A DNA stretch of 64,000 bases from Bacteroidota bacterium (GTDB lineage: Bacteria; Bacteroidota; Ignavibacteria; UBA10030; UBA8401). Positions 19,579-29,654 of the stretch are shown here, one piece after another. The stretch lies in contig JBAYIS010000002.1 in assembly GCA_041665525.1 (NCBI GenBank), positions 80,040 to 144,039 on the forward strand, in the 5' to 3' direction. The notes below the pieces were generated by a model. That model was not told where the DNA came from. It made no database searches and saw only the letters and a program-made list of their open reading frames with translations. Positions within the stretch are counted from its first letter, which is position 1. The number at the start of each line of letters is the position of its first letter. The position numbers and the translations under genes are program-made.

Positions 19579-20026
19579 CGCGTCAATCCTTTACTTAAAT
19601 GATGTGCGTTAAAAGCGTTAAGAGGCAATAACAATGAAGGAATCCTCCTGTGCACCGGTGCATAAGTATACCAATGCCAGAAGTAAGAGAGAATAGATCA
19701 AAAGGATGGAAAAAGGGTTAATCCTTTACTATTAGATACCACTCTGCAGAAAGTTGACTTGAGTAATCAGAAGTTTCGAATGAATACCCTCGCCGCTTCG
19801 AAAGAGTTTTTCCCGAAGGGACACATCGTGTTGGACTCGCGACGGGGTATTAGACCCAATGGAGAATAATAAAGGACAGACAAAGATTTAAATAGGTGAA
19901 AATGGAAGGTGCACTTTAGTGACACGATACAACGTGCGCATGCTGGAAAACAACTGAACGAAGATGAGATGTCTGGAAAGTATAAGTGAATGTCGGAAAA
20001 ACTATTGTGCAGAAAGGCGGAACGAA

Positions 20027-20671
20027 TTACTCTTCGCGGGCGTATGAAGCAATCTGCAGCCGGCTGTGGAGTGCCAGCTTCTCGAGGATATTGTGAACGT
20101 GACTTTTTACTGTAAAGGTGGCGATATTCAATGATTCGGCTATTTCCTTATTGCTCATTCCCTCAACAATGAGTGCAATAATTTCTTTTTCGCGCTGTGT
20201 CATCCGGATTGAACCCTTGAGGCCTTTTTTCCCCTTCACTAAAGCATGCTCCACCACTTGAAGGAACAGCGAACCGGTCATCGGCGGCGGCAGCACGGTC
20301 TCGCCGTCGGCAACTGCCCGAATCGTTTTGATCACTTCTTCCATGGAAGCATCTTTAAGAATAAAACCGTCGGCGCCGGACTGGACGAATTCCATAATGT
20401 CCGTTTGCGACGCGACCAGTCCCATACCAACGACCTTCACATTGGGGAATGTACTCCGCACTGATCGCACTATATCTAGACTGTTCTTGCTGGCGATCCC
20501 AAGATCCATCAGAATCACATTTGGCTTCACCGCTTGTATTTTCTTGATCGTATCGTCTCTGCCGTCAGAAACAGCCGCAACCATAACATCCGCATGCTTG
20601 TTGATCATGACGGTGATACCTTCACGTAAAATACGATTATCCTCAAGAAGTAAGACGCGAATCTTCGCCAT
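20027..20671 (-). CDS. two-component response regulator, NarL/FixJ (LuxR-type HTH) family
   Basis: Receiver domain (RVLLLEDN...LMDLGI with the phospho-acceptor Asp) plus a C-terminal LuxR HTH (EKEIIALIVEGMSNKEIAESLNIATFTVKSHVHNILEKL). ATG at 20671 is preferred over the upstream TTG. Confidence 0.85.
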   Translation of the reverse strand: MAKIRVLLLEDNRILREGITVMINKHADVMVAAVSDGRDDTIKKIQAVKPNVILMDLGIASKNSLDIVRSVRSTFPNVKVVGMGLVASQTDIMEFVQSGADGFILKDASMEEVIKTIRAVADGETVLPPPMTGSLFLQVVEHALVKGKKGLKGSIRMTQREKEIIALIVEGMSNKEIAESLNIATFTVKSHVHNILEKLALHSRLQIASYAREE

Positions 20672-21281
20672 AGGTAACAATATTGAAATTGTGAGTTTCG
20701 CGGTGACGAGACAATCTGAAAAGAATCCCTATAGGATCAAAGCCGTAAGTTATTTCTTGGGACTTGGACATGACGAGAGTGGAAAAATTAACCACTGAAA
20801 GTATTCAAAATTGAATATTTTCGGTCATTCACTCTATTCTTGGTCTTTAATCTCATTTTTTTTTTTTTAAAAATCAAGCTTTATTTCAGAAGCTGTATGA
20901 TTCACTCTATACAACAAAACGAAGCCTTGGCTCATTATTTTGAGTCGGATCAAATTTTTGAAACTGATGATGTTCAATTGGCAATACTCACACGCTATTC
21001 AAACAATATTTCGGCTTCCGAATCGGGAGAGAAAAAGGGTTTTCCTGCGTACGCATTTACTAAAATCAAAAGGCTTTTCGGCATTGAGTGATAGATTGAA
21101 ACACCGGCGCAGTTATAAAGTGAAATTGCAGAAGATTTTCAGGTTTGGGAATATTGTAATAAACCGCATACTTTTTTATATTGAACCAATATTACTGGTA
21201 ATTTCATTTGTGAAACTTTTCAAAAATCCTATATTGCCAATCCATAGTCACATTTTAGGGTTTTTATAACAGGAAATATCC

Positions 21282-21355
21282 GGCCCCGTAGCTCAACTGG
21301 ATAGAGCAACAGCCTTCTAAGCTGTGGGTTGCAGATTCGAATTCTGCCGGGGTCA
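21282..21355 (+). tRNA. tRNA-Arg (anticodon TCT)
   Basis: Cloverleaf: acceptor GGCCCCG/CGGGGTC, D-stem GCTC/GAGC, anticodon stem ACAGC/GCTGT with loop CTTCTAA (anticodon TCT), T-arm GCAGA-TTCGAAT-TCTGC, discriminator A. CCA is not encoded. Confidence 0.85.
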
Positions 21356-21540
21356 CAACAGGTATCACCGTTTATATTGTAAAGAATTACTTTCTTACCG
21401 TTTCTGCTATCGGAAAAACATTTTCAAAGAAATTTCGAAATCAACGCGCTTCACATCTGAATTATCAACATTGTATCCCTGACAAATACTCAAGTTCTCA
21501 AACGTTTCTTACCTGTAGTCGGCGACAGTTTGGAAACGGA

Positions 21541-24500
21541 TTATTGATTTCCTTTAAGGACTGACGAAATGAGGTTCATCAGTTTTTCTGCCGTAAACGG
21601 TTTTTCGAGATAACCGTCAACCTTCAGCTTATCCCCTTCAAGTTTTTTCGTGGCGTCGATCAATCCGCTGGAGGCAATGATCTTAAGCGAAGGCTTGATT
21701 TTCCGCAGAGTGATGATCAAATGGTGACCGTCCATCAACGGCATCATCATATCTGTCAGCACCAAGGCAACCTTCTCCCGCAGTTCGGCAAAGCGTGCAA
21801 CGCCCTCCGCTCCGTCGGAAGCCGTAACAACAGTGTAGTTGTACCCTTCCAGAGTATGTCTCGTCACTTCCCGGACCGAAGCTTCGTCGTCGACCACAAG
21901 GATCAATTCTCCGTGCCCCAAATATTCTTCGCTGCTTTTTTTCTCACTCGGTTCCACTGCCGATGATTCGGATGCAGGAAGGTACACATTGAAGAGAGTC
22001 CCCTTGTTGACCTCGCTGGTTACCTTGATGAATCCCTTATGGCTTTTTACGATTGTGTATACTGTTGAAAGCCCCAGTCCGGTCCCTTTGCCGATCTCTT
22101 TGGTTGTAAAGAACGGTTCGAAAATATGATCCTGCGTCTGCGGAGACATGCCGATACCGGTATCCCGGATTGTGAACATCACATACCGGCCGATCTTAGC
22201 ATCGATGTTCATTCTGGTATATTGTTCGTCGATCTCCACATTGGTTGCGGTGATCGACAGTATCCCGCCGTCCGGCATAGCATCTCTCGCGTTCAATCCC
22301 AGGTTCATGATCAGTTGATGGAAGTGTGTCGGGTCACCCATTATCGGCCAAGTGGAATTCGGTATGTTGCTGTCAATGGTGATGGACCGGGGGAAGGTCT
22401 CTTTAAAAATAGCGACGATCTCCTTGATAAGATGTCGCGGCTGGATGAGGATCTTCTGCGTTTCGACTCCGCGCGCAAATGTCAGAATCTGCTTTACGAT
22501 CTCCGACCCGCGGCGGGAACTGGATTCGACTGAGTCCAGTATCTTCTGCGACGTTTCGTTCACGTAGGTCTTTTTCAAAAATTCCACCGCCAACAGAATC
22601 GGCGAGAGTACATTGTTCAGATCGTGGGCGATTCCGCCGGCAAGCGTACCAAGGCTTCCCATCCGCTGGGTGCGCAGAAACTGGATTTCGATCTTTTTCT
22701 TTTCGGTGATATCTTCCAGAATCGACAGGATGGATTTTGGATTCCCCTCCTCGTCATAGATCATGCTCATCCGGACATCCGTGATGATGATTTTCTTATC
22801 GCGGGTTTGCAGCTGGAACTCGCCGGAAAAATTCCCATCCCGCAGCAACTCCGCCATCTCTTTGTGATGATCGTCCCGTTCCCGATAGATCAGTTCGCGA
22901 ATATCCTTGCCGATCGTTTCCTCTTCACTCCAGCCGAACAACCGTTCAGCCCCTTTATTCCAGTACATGATTGTATCGTTCATATCCCGGAGGATGATCG
23001 CATCGTGCGCTTCATCCAGAAGCATTGCCTGCTCCTTGATCCTCTGAATCGACTTGTTCCGTTCCGTCACATCCTGTTTAACCGCCACAAAATGCGTAAT
23101 AATATTCTGCGAATTGCGGACCGGTGTGATCGTCATTTCATCGTCGTACAGCGTCCCGTCCTTCCGTTTATTGATGATGTTCCCGGACCATATCCTTCCA
23201 GACTGAATCGTATTCCACATTTGATTGTAGAATTCCTTCGAATGCTTGCCGGACTTGAGGAGGCTTGGTTTTCCACCGATAACTTCAGTCCGGGAATATC
23301 CGGTGATATTGGCGATGGCATTATTTGCCCACACAATGGTGCCGTCCAAACCGGTAATGACGATACCGTTTGCCGCAGATTCAAGAGCAGTCGAAAGCAG
23401 GATCTGGCTCTCTTCAGCTTGTTTCATATCGTCGATATCGGTATGCGTTCCCATCATCCGCAGAGGATTCCCATCCGATGTATATTCAATGATTTTCCCT
23501 ATCGAGAGTATCCATTTCCATTTGCCGGTACCCGTCTTCTGACGGAATTCCACACGGTATTCGTCCAATTTTCCGCCGACATAATCCTTGAAGACCTTTG
23601 CCGCCCTCTCCTTGTCGTCCGGATGCAGCCGTTCTATCCACGCCGCATTCGTTTCAACAAATGTAGCCGGATTATACTCCAGCATGGTTGCATATTCGTT
23701 GTTCACAATCGCCTTTCCGGTCTGGATATTAAGATCGAATAGGCCCTGATTGGCAGCAGCCAACGATAACCGCAGCCGTTCTTCGTTCTCGCGCAGATTA
23801 TCTTCGGCGCGTTTTCGTTCCGTGATGTCGTTCAGGGAACCGACAATGGAGACGGTTACTCCGTTCTCCATCACCGGCGCTTCGTGCACCTCAACCCAAA
23901 CATGGTGGCCATCCTTATGCCGCAGTTCCAATTCGTACGGTCCCTGCGGTATGCCTGTCTCTATGGCCCGCAATGTTTTTTCAAAGCCGCTGGTGTTTAC
24001 CGGATTATCAGTTGCCAATGTCATCCATTCCACAAGGGCTTCATCTACGTCATATCCCAACAGTCTTTTGATTTGAGGGCTGATAAAATGGATAACATGA
24101 TTGGTGTCGTGCGAGTAGAACACATTTGTACTGTTATCGAAAATGTTCTTCAATTTTATTTCATTCTCGCGCATGATCCGTTCAATATGTTTCCGTATGG
24201 TAATATCCTGCGCGACGCCGATCATCGCGATCCCTTCGCCGAAAGTGTTCCGGACGACGGAGGTGGACAACTCGATATAGAAATCCTCCCCGGTCTTCTT
24301 CCGGTTCATCAGTTCGCCGTGCCATCCTCCCTCCTCTGTCCTCGGCAGGATGTCCGAAATAACCGTTGGATCGTTGACCGGCGAGCGGAGCATTGTGATG
24401 TTCTTACCCAGCACTTCGTGCTCCTCGTAACCGTACGTGGTGCAGAAGGCTTTGTTGACGAAAATAATGTTGTCCTTCAGATCCGTCACCGAGACGCATT

Positions 24501-27195
24501 CACTAATGCTCCGGAGCGCCTGGGCAAGCATTTCGATCTGTCCCTCCGCTTCTTTCCGTTCGGTGACGTCCCGGATAATCGACTGGATGTAGGACGCTTC
24601 ACCGATTTCGAATTTATTGAGGCTCACTTCGGCGTCGAACAAGGTGCCGTCGTACCGGAGATGTTTCCATTCGAAGAATTGAGGATTGCCGTTCAGCGTC
24701 TCCCGGATTAACTCGGCGGACATTGTCGAAGAAAGTTTCCCTTTCGGCTGTACCGCCGGCGAAAATGCAAGCGGCGAACGTCCGACAATCTCTTCCTTCC
24801 TGCAGCCGAACATCCTTTCCGTTTTGTGGTTGCAGTCGATGAACACGCCGTCGCGCATAATCAGGATGGCATCGTTCGCCTTTTCGAACAGCGTCTTAAA
24901 CCTGGCCTCGCTCTCTTTAATCATTTCATCCGCAATCTTCCGCTCGGTGATGTCGTGCGAAAATCCGGTCGTTCCGATCACGATTCCCTGTTCATCGAAC
25001 ACCGGTGCCTTGTACGTTTCGAACCATTTTTCGGTACCGCGGAACATAGCACGTTCCTCAACGACAACAGCTTTCCTGCTGATCATGATGTTCGCATCTT
25101 CCGTCCGGTATTGTTCCGCCTTTTCCTTCGGCCACAGGTCCAGATCGGTCAAACCGGTCAACTCTGCCGGTGCCGCTTTGCCGCAGGCATCGGTATATAT
25201 TTGATTCACCGTAAGATACCGTCCTTCAATATCTTTCAACCACACTCTTCCCTGCTGGTTCTCTACAATGGCCGAAAGGTATGATTCGCGCAGACGTATC
25301 GTCTTCTCTGCGATCTTGCGTTCATTGATGTCGCGCAGGAAGTTGGTCGCCTTCACAAGCCGTCCCTGCGAATCATAGTCGAAATGTGATGACTGCTCGA
25401 CCCAAAATTGTTCGCCGTTCTTCTTGACGACGATAAATTCCATCGAAGCAACATCGCGGTGTTCCAACACCCACTGCCGGTATTGCGCGGCAACCGATGC
25501 CCGTTGCTCTTCGATAACGAGACGGAACGATGATTTCCCGATGAGTTCGCTCTCCGAGTATCCGCTGATGATAAGCAGTCCGGGATTGCAATAGGTGAAC
25601 AACGATTTCTTATCTGCTTCATAATATGCCTGACGGACGTTTTCCACGATTGTACGGTACCGTTTCTCACTTTCGCGCAATTGTTTCTCTTTCATTTTCT
25701 GATCCGTGATATCGACGGTAAATCCGGCCAGGAAACGCGCTTCGCCTTTATAATGAATCGGAAACTTCACCGTGTTATAGATCCGGCCGCCCAACTCTTC
25801 CTCAATATCAACCTGTTTTCCTTCCTTAAGAATCCTCTTGTCGTCCTCGATCATCTTCTTCGCCAACTCCGATGGGAATAGTTCGTCCATCGACTTGCCG
25901 ATCGATTCATCCAACGGCCGGCCGAGCATCTGTTCAAAGTTTCTGCTTAATCGCAGAGATCGCATCTGGTCATCTTTGAAGAAGACGTAGATAGGGCTGT
26001 GTTCCATGAACTGTGAAAAGATCAGTTCTGTTTCCTGCAGCGCATCGAATGTCCGCAGGCGCTCCTCTTCAATACTGCGCACTTCCATCGCAAACGATAT
26101 ATCAACAGCAAGTTCGTCCAGCAGTTCAAGCTCTTTCTTCGTAAAGAAATTTTTCTCTCCGGCATACAGGGTAAAAGCTCCAACAACCTTGCCCTTCAAT
26201 CGCAGAGGGAATGCTGCCGAACTTTTATACCCAAGCCGGACAGCGTCTGTGCGCCACGCCGACATGGACGGATCGCTCTCGATATCGGTAGTGAAGTGAT
26301 GTTCGCCCGTGAGCACAGTCATTCCGGACGGGCCGCTCGAACGGGCTTCATCATTAAAGTTGATATCAATCTTTTTCAAATAGTCTTCTGTCACGCCTGA
26401 ATGTGCCACCACATCCAACGAGTTCGTCGTTTCATTCCGGATGCCGATCCACGCCATCACAAAATTGCCGTCCTCAACGGCAATGGAGCAGGCTTTCTGA
26501 AAGACTGTCTGGATATCTTTGGTATACACGATCAACTGATTGATATTGCTCAGGACGGCATACACACGGTTCATATTCCGCAGTTTTTCGTCCGCACGAA
26601 TCCTGTCGGTGATATCGATAGAGAGTATAAATATTCCTTCGGGGACCGGTTGTACGCGAAGGTCGAACCATCGCCGGGTACCATCCACAAAGGTGAACTC
26701 GGTTTCGAACTGCAGATATTTCCGTTCTTCCATACTGGTTTTTAATTTTCCAAACAGTGCAGTCGATTCTATGCCAGGCCAGAGGTCTTGATATCGTTGT
26801 CCGAGTAATTCTTTGTTAGGACGCCGGTTGTGCTTTTCGGCCGTTTTATTCAGATAGCGGTACTTCCAGTCAAAGGCGATAATCTGACATCCTTCCAACA
26901 TATTTTCCATTGTTTCGCGGTACGATTCTTCCGTCTCGTTCAATCTAATTTCGGACTGCACTCGAACGGTTCGCTCCCGATCGACTGCCAGTAACCGCTG
27001 TCGAAGCACAATAAACAAAATACCGGCAGTGGCTGTAACGAAGAACAATCCTTTATACGTTTGCAGAGTTTCAATCAGCGAAATGTCCGTAGTAATGGAA
27101 TTGATGAATGCATCGGAAAACAGTATCCACAAAAATCCTATTCCGGCATAGACCGATGCAGTGTGCAATGCGATGGCTGTCGTGTTTCTGTTCAT
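21541..27195 (-). CDS. multi-sensor hybrid histidine kinase (2 TM helices, GAF, about 9-10 PAS/PAC domains, HisKA, HATPase, C-terminal receiver), 1,884 aa
   Basis: GGGGAG RBS upstream of ATG at 27195. TM segments at the N-terminus. Repeated PAS S-box motifs. H-box IAHDLNNVLSPI. HATPase G-boxes (DTGIGM, GTGLGL). C-terminal REC (ILVVDDE...TDMMMP). Confidence 0.9.
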   Translation of the reverse strand: MNRNTTAIALHTASVYAGIGFLWILFSDAFINSITTDISLIETLQTYKGLFFVTATAGILFIVLRQRLLAVDRERTVRVQSEIRLNETEESYRETMENMLEGCQIIAFDWKYRYLNKTAEKHNRRPNKELLGQRYQDLWPGIESTALFGKLKTSMEERKYLQFETEFTFVDGTRRWFDLRVQPVPEGIFILSIDITDRIRADEKLRNMNRVYAVLSNINQLIVYTKDIQTVFQKACSIAVEDGNFVMAWIGIRNETTNSLDVVAHSGVTEDYLKKIDINFNDEARSSGPSGMTVLTGEHHFTTDIESDPSMSAWRTDAVRLGYKSSAAFPLRLKGKVVGAFTLYAGEKNFFTKKELELLDELAVDISFAMEVRSIEEERLRTFDALQETELIFSQFMEHSPIYVFFKDDQMRSLRLSRNFEQMLGRPLDESIGKSMDELFPSELAKKMIEDDKRILKEGKQVDIEEELGGRIYNTVKFPIHYKGEARFLAGFTVDITDQKMKEKQLRESEKRYRTIVENVRQAYYEADKKSLFTYCNPGLLIISGYSESELIGKSSFRLVIEEQRASVAAQYRQWVLEHRDVASMEFIVVKKNGEQFWVEQSSHFDYDSQGRLVKATNFLRDINERKIAEKTIRLRESYLSAIVENQQGRVWLKDIEGRYLTVNQIYTDACGKAAPAELTGLTDLDLWPKEKAEQYRTEDANIMISRKAVVVEERAMFRGTEKWFETYKAPVFDEQGIVIGTTGFSHDITERKIADEMIKESEARFKTLFEKANDAILIMRDGVFIDCNHKTERMFGCRKEEIVGRSPLAFSPAVQPKGKLSSTMSAELIRETLNGNPQFFEWKHLRYDGTLFDAEVSLNKFEIGEASYIQSIIRDVTERKEAEGQIEMLAQALRSISECVSVTDLKDNIIFVNKAFCTTYGYEEHEVLGKNITMLRSPVNDPTVISDILPRTEEGGWHGELMNRKKTGEDFYIELSTSVVRNTFGEGIAMIGVAQDITIRKHIERIMRENEIKLKNIFDNSTNVFYSHDTNHVIHFISPQIKRLLGYDVDEALVEWMTLATDNPVNTSGFEKTLRAIETGIPQGPYELELRHKDGHHVWVEVHEAPVMENGVTVSIVGSLNDITERKRAEDNLRENEERLRLSLAAANQGLFDLNIQTGKAIVNNEYATMLEYNPATFVETNAAWIERLHPDDKERAAKVFKDYVGGKLDEYRVEFRQKTGTGKWKWILSIGKIIEYTSDGNPLRMMGTHTDIDDMKQAEESQILLSTALESAANGIVITGLDGTIVWANNAIANITGYSRTEVIGGKPSLLKSGKHSKEFYNQMWNTIQSGRIWSGNIINKRKDGTLYDDEMTITPVRNSQNIITHFVAVKQDVTERNKSIQRIKEQAMLLDEAHDAIILRDMNDTIMYWNKGAERLFGWSEEETIGKDIRELIYRERDDHHKEMAELLRDGNFSGEFQLQTRDKKIIITDVRMSMIYDEEGNPKSILSILEDITEKKKIEIQFLRTQRMGSLGTLAGGIAHDLNNVLSPILLAVEFLKKTYVNETSQKILDSVESSSRRGSEIVKQILTFARGVETQKILIQPRHLIKEIVAIFKETFPRSITIDSNIPNSTWPIMGDPTHFHQLIMNLGLNARDAMPDGGILSITATNVEIDEQYTRMNIDAKIGRYVMFTIRDTGIGMSPQTQDHIFEPFFTTKEIGKGTGLGLSTVYTIVKSHKGFIKVTSEVNKGTLFNVYLPASESSAVEPSEKKSSEEYLGHGELILVVDDEASVREVTRHTLEGYNYTVVTASDGAEGVARFAELREKVALVLTDMMMPLMDGHHLIITLRKIKPSLKIIASSGLIDATKKLEGDKLKVDGYLEKPFTAEKLMNLISSVLKGNQ

Positions 27196-27483
27196 GATGA
27201 AACTCCCCATTAATCTCTCTATGATACGATATGCAGATGACAATGTCATTGTACTTAAAACCCGTGATCATTACTGATTTTTCGCAAAGACGATGCCACA
27301 GAAAAATTGTTGGAAATCCCCGAAAATACCATACTATTGAATGGATGAATTTTCAGAATTGAAGATGGCCCTTCAGGAATTGTAAAATTGAGAATTTACA
27401 CTTTTATTTACATTGGTTTTTTAATGGTTTGCGTGGCATATTATATGTGACATCATTCAATGATGGCTCAAGGGGGATTCATC

Positions 27484-28683
27484 ATGAATACAACATCGAA
27501 TCTGCATCAACGTTCTTCTACGGAAGAACTCTACCGTCAGTCGCAATATTTCACCCGACAGCTTCCGTTCCAATATTTTTCGGATTCGCTGACAGAATTC
27601 GTTACGATATTAAACAAAAACCGGCAGATCGTTTTTTGCAACCGGCCGCTGATATCGTATCTGAAAGCCGACGACGTGAACGGACTGATCGGCAAGCGAC
27701 CCGGAGAAGCACTGCAATGCCAGCATGCGGATAATACATGCGGCGGATGCGGTACAACGGAATTCTGCACGATGTGCGGCGCCAATATTGCAATCCGACA
27801 CAGCCAGAATGGAATTGAGGATATTCAGGAATGCCGGATCATTTCGGAACCCGACACGAAAGCGCTGGAATTTCAAGTGCATGCAACTCCCTTCACCTAC
27901 AATAATGATTTCTTCACAATCTTCTCACTCACCGATACCAGCGATGAAAAACGGAGGAAGGTGCTCGAGAGCCTTTTCTTTCACGATGTGATGAACATGG
28001 TCGGCGGGTTGCTGGGGTATTCCGAACTTTTGCAAGATGCAACGACGGAGGAAGCGAAAGAATACGGAGCAGTCATTCACAAACTGGTAAACGATTTGAG
28101 TGACCAGATCATCGGACAACGGGAACTGACCTATGCGGAACATCATGAGACCAAAGTCCGTGCCTCTTTGATACACGCCAAAACGTTCCTGACTTCCATT
28201 CTGATCGCATTTGAGAAACATCGGATCTCGAAGAACAAGACAATCGAGATCGATCCTGCCGTAGAGGATTTTCTCTTTGTCAGCGATGAACATATTCTGC
28301 GCCGTGTGCTCGGCAACCTGACAAAGAATGCGCTGGAGGCGACGGACTTCCATTCCTCCATCCGACTGTCTTGTTCGATAAGTGATACGTCTGTGATTTT
28401 CAGTGTGCACAATCATCAGTCAATGCTGCATGACGTTCAGATGCAGGTCTTCCAACGATCATTCTCCACGAAAGGCCAGGGGCGTGGTCTTGGGACGTAC
28501 AGCGTGAAGCTGTTCACCGAGCAATATCTAAAAGGCACTGTTACGTTCCTCTCGAACGAAGAAATCGGTACAACATTCACAGTTGCACTGCCGATTGCAT
28601 TGAAAGGGATTGGAGCCGACGAACTCAATTTATCAGAAGGCACGGAAAAGATATTACTATCTGATGTTACGCAAAACAAGTAA
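27484..28683 (+). CDS. sensor histidine kinase with N-terminal cysteine-cluster sensor domain (cytoplasmic, no TM)
   Basis: GGGGG RBS 7 nt upstream of ATG at 27484. Cys cluster C-x-H...C-x2-C-x5-C-x2-C (CQHADNTCGGCGTTEFCTMC). H-box FFHDVMNMVGGLLGYSELL. HATPase C-terminus (GRGLGTYSVKL). Confidence 0.8.
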   Translation: MNTTSNLHQRSSTEELYRQSQYFTRQLPFQYFSDSLTEFVTILNKNRQIVFCNRPLISYLKADDVNGLIGKRPGEALQCQHADNTCGGCGTTEFCTMCGANIAIRHSQNGIEDIQECRIISEPDTKALEFQVHATPFTYNNDFFTIFSLTDTSDEKRRKVLESLFFHDVMNMVGGLLGYSELLQDATTEEAKEYGAVIHKLVNDLSDQIIGQRELTYAEHHETKVRASLIHAKTFLTSILIAFEKHRISKNKTIEIDPAVEDFLFVSDEHILRRVLGNLTKNALEATDFHSSIRLSCSISDTSVIFSVHNHQSMLHDVQMQVFQRSFSTKGQGRGLGTYSVKLFTEQYLKGTVTFLSNEEIGTTFTVALPIALKGIGADELNLSEGTEKILLSDVTQNK

Positions 28684-28899
28684 ATTAGTCATGGTGAGCA
28701 AGGCGCAGGTTAAATTATTGAGGTCATCCTTCCCCCGCCACAAAGTGGTCCCGTTGGGAAAGGGGCCCCCTTGGGGGACGCATCCTTTCCCGAAGGGATT
28801 CCTTCGGAACAAACAACAAAGGATTTGCCCAGGATGACTACCGTTTCTGCGCCGCGTCGAACCATTTTATGATAAAAATATCTTTCTGCGTAACATCAG
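28661..28899. repeat. MITE/REP-like intergenic element bounded by 13-bp inverted repeats; member of a repeat family shared with 38240-38460
   Basis: CTGATGTTACGCA (28661-28673, which encodes the last codons of the HK) is the reverse complement of TGCGTAACATCAG (28887-28899). Inside are a GC-rich hairpin CCGAAGGGATTCCTTCGG and the block CACAAAGTGGTCCCGTTGGG. Both recur with minor changes near 38259-38276 and 38440-38460, together with TTCTGCGCCGC and TGCGTAACATCAGTTA. Confidence 0.45.
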
Positions 28900-29131
28900 T
28901 TACTATAATAGATATGATCAATCTCACCGACTGAGAAAAATATAATGCTACTCTCTCCGGTCTTTCCCCGCGAACAATTAATGTTTGCGAAATGTCAATA
29001 AAAAACATCCTCGCCGCACTGAAAGAGTCCTTAGAACAAGCATCGGAGTATTAGGCCAAAAGAGAATAAAAAAGGAACCGGCAGAATCGGCTCCTATATG
29101 TACTCCGAAATACTTTTGAACAGAAGTTTAT

Positions 29132-29500
29132 TTATTTTGCAGCCAGCGGCGTTGCATTTGCAAGAAGAATCTCACTATCCATCACGCTTACCTGGCAGAA
29201 TTCCAGTGTGTTCTTGTCAAAATAACTGTGGATTACTGCATCAGTCGTGTAGGCAGCGGCAATCCGGAGATGATTGTTTTGAATGTCCATTGTAATTTTT
29301 TCAAGGCAATTTGTGGAAATTCCAACGTCAATCGTTTCGATACTTTTGGACGGATTTGCCTTATCAAACTTTGATAACATAACATTACCGTTCTGCTCGT
29401 AACAAACATACGAAAATTGTGTGTTTTCATTGGCTTCGAGGGTGGAAAGCAGATTAGTCGAAAACATTGTTGCGAAAAGGGTGATCATTAATGCGTCCAT
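29132..29500 (-). CDS. hypothetical small protein (possible signal peptide), between HK and sigma54 regulator on opposite strand
   Basis: Only an ORF of 122 aa with a hydrophobic N-terminus. No recognisable motifs. Confidence 0.3.
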   Translation of the reverse strand: MDALMITLFATMFSTNLLSTLEANENTQFSYVCYEQNGNVMLSKFDKANPSKSIETIDVGISTNCLEKITMDIQNNHLRIAAAYTTDAVIHSYFDKNTLEFCQVSVMDSEILLANATPLAAK

Positions 29501-29654
29501 GATGAGCTCCTGTGTCTTGTGTTTCCAGTATGGATTTCAAAACGCGTGCCATAATAATTTCGGGTAAGGGACTGAGAGCTCCAATTTCTTCCGGCAATAC
29601 AGCCACTTTACTTTTGCAGGTCAGAGGATAAACATCTATATTTCACACACTCTT

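Noticed and set aside
20840-21269. Two overlapping small plus-strand ORFs (83 and 109 aa) in the gene-free region before tRNA-Arg.
   Set aside because: They have no RBS, no motifs and basic low-complexity sequence, and they overlap each other. They may be decayed remnants at a tRNA-adjacent site, but there is no support for a coding call.
22624-23742. 372-aa plus-strand ORF inside the giant histidine-kinase gene. Other long antisense ORFs occur at 23884-24711 and 24686-25284.
   Set aside because: It is entirely antisense to a 1,884-aa gene with clear domain structure. It has no motifs or RBS. It is a typical shadow ORF.
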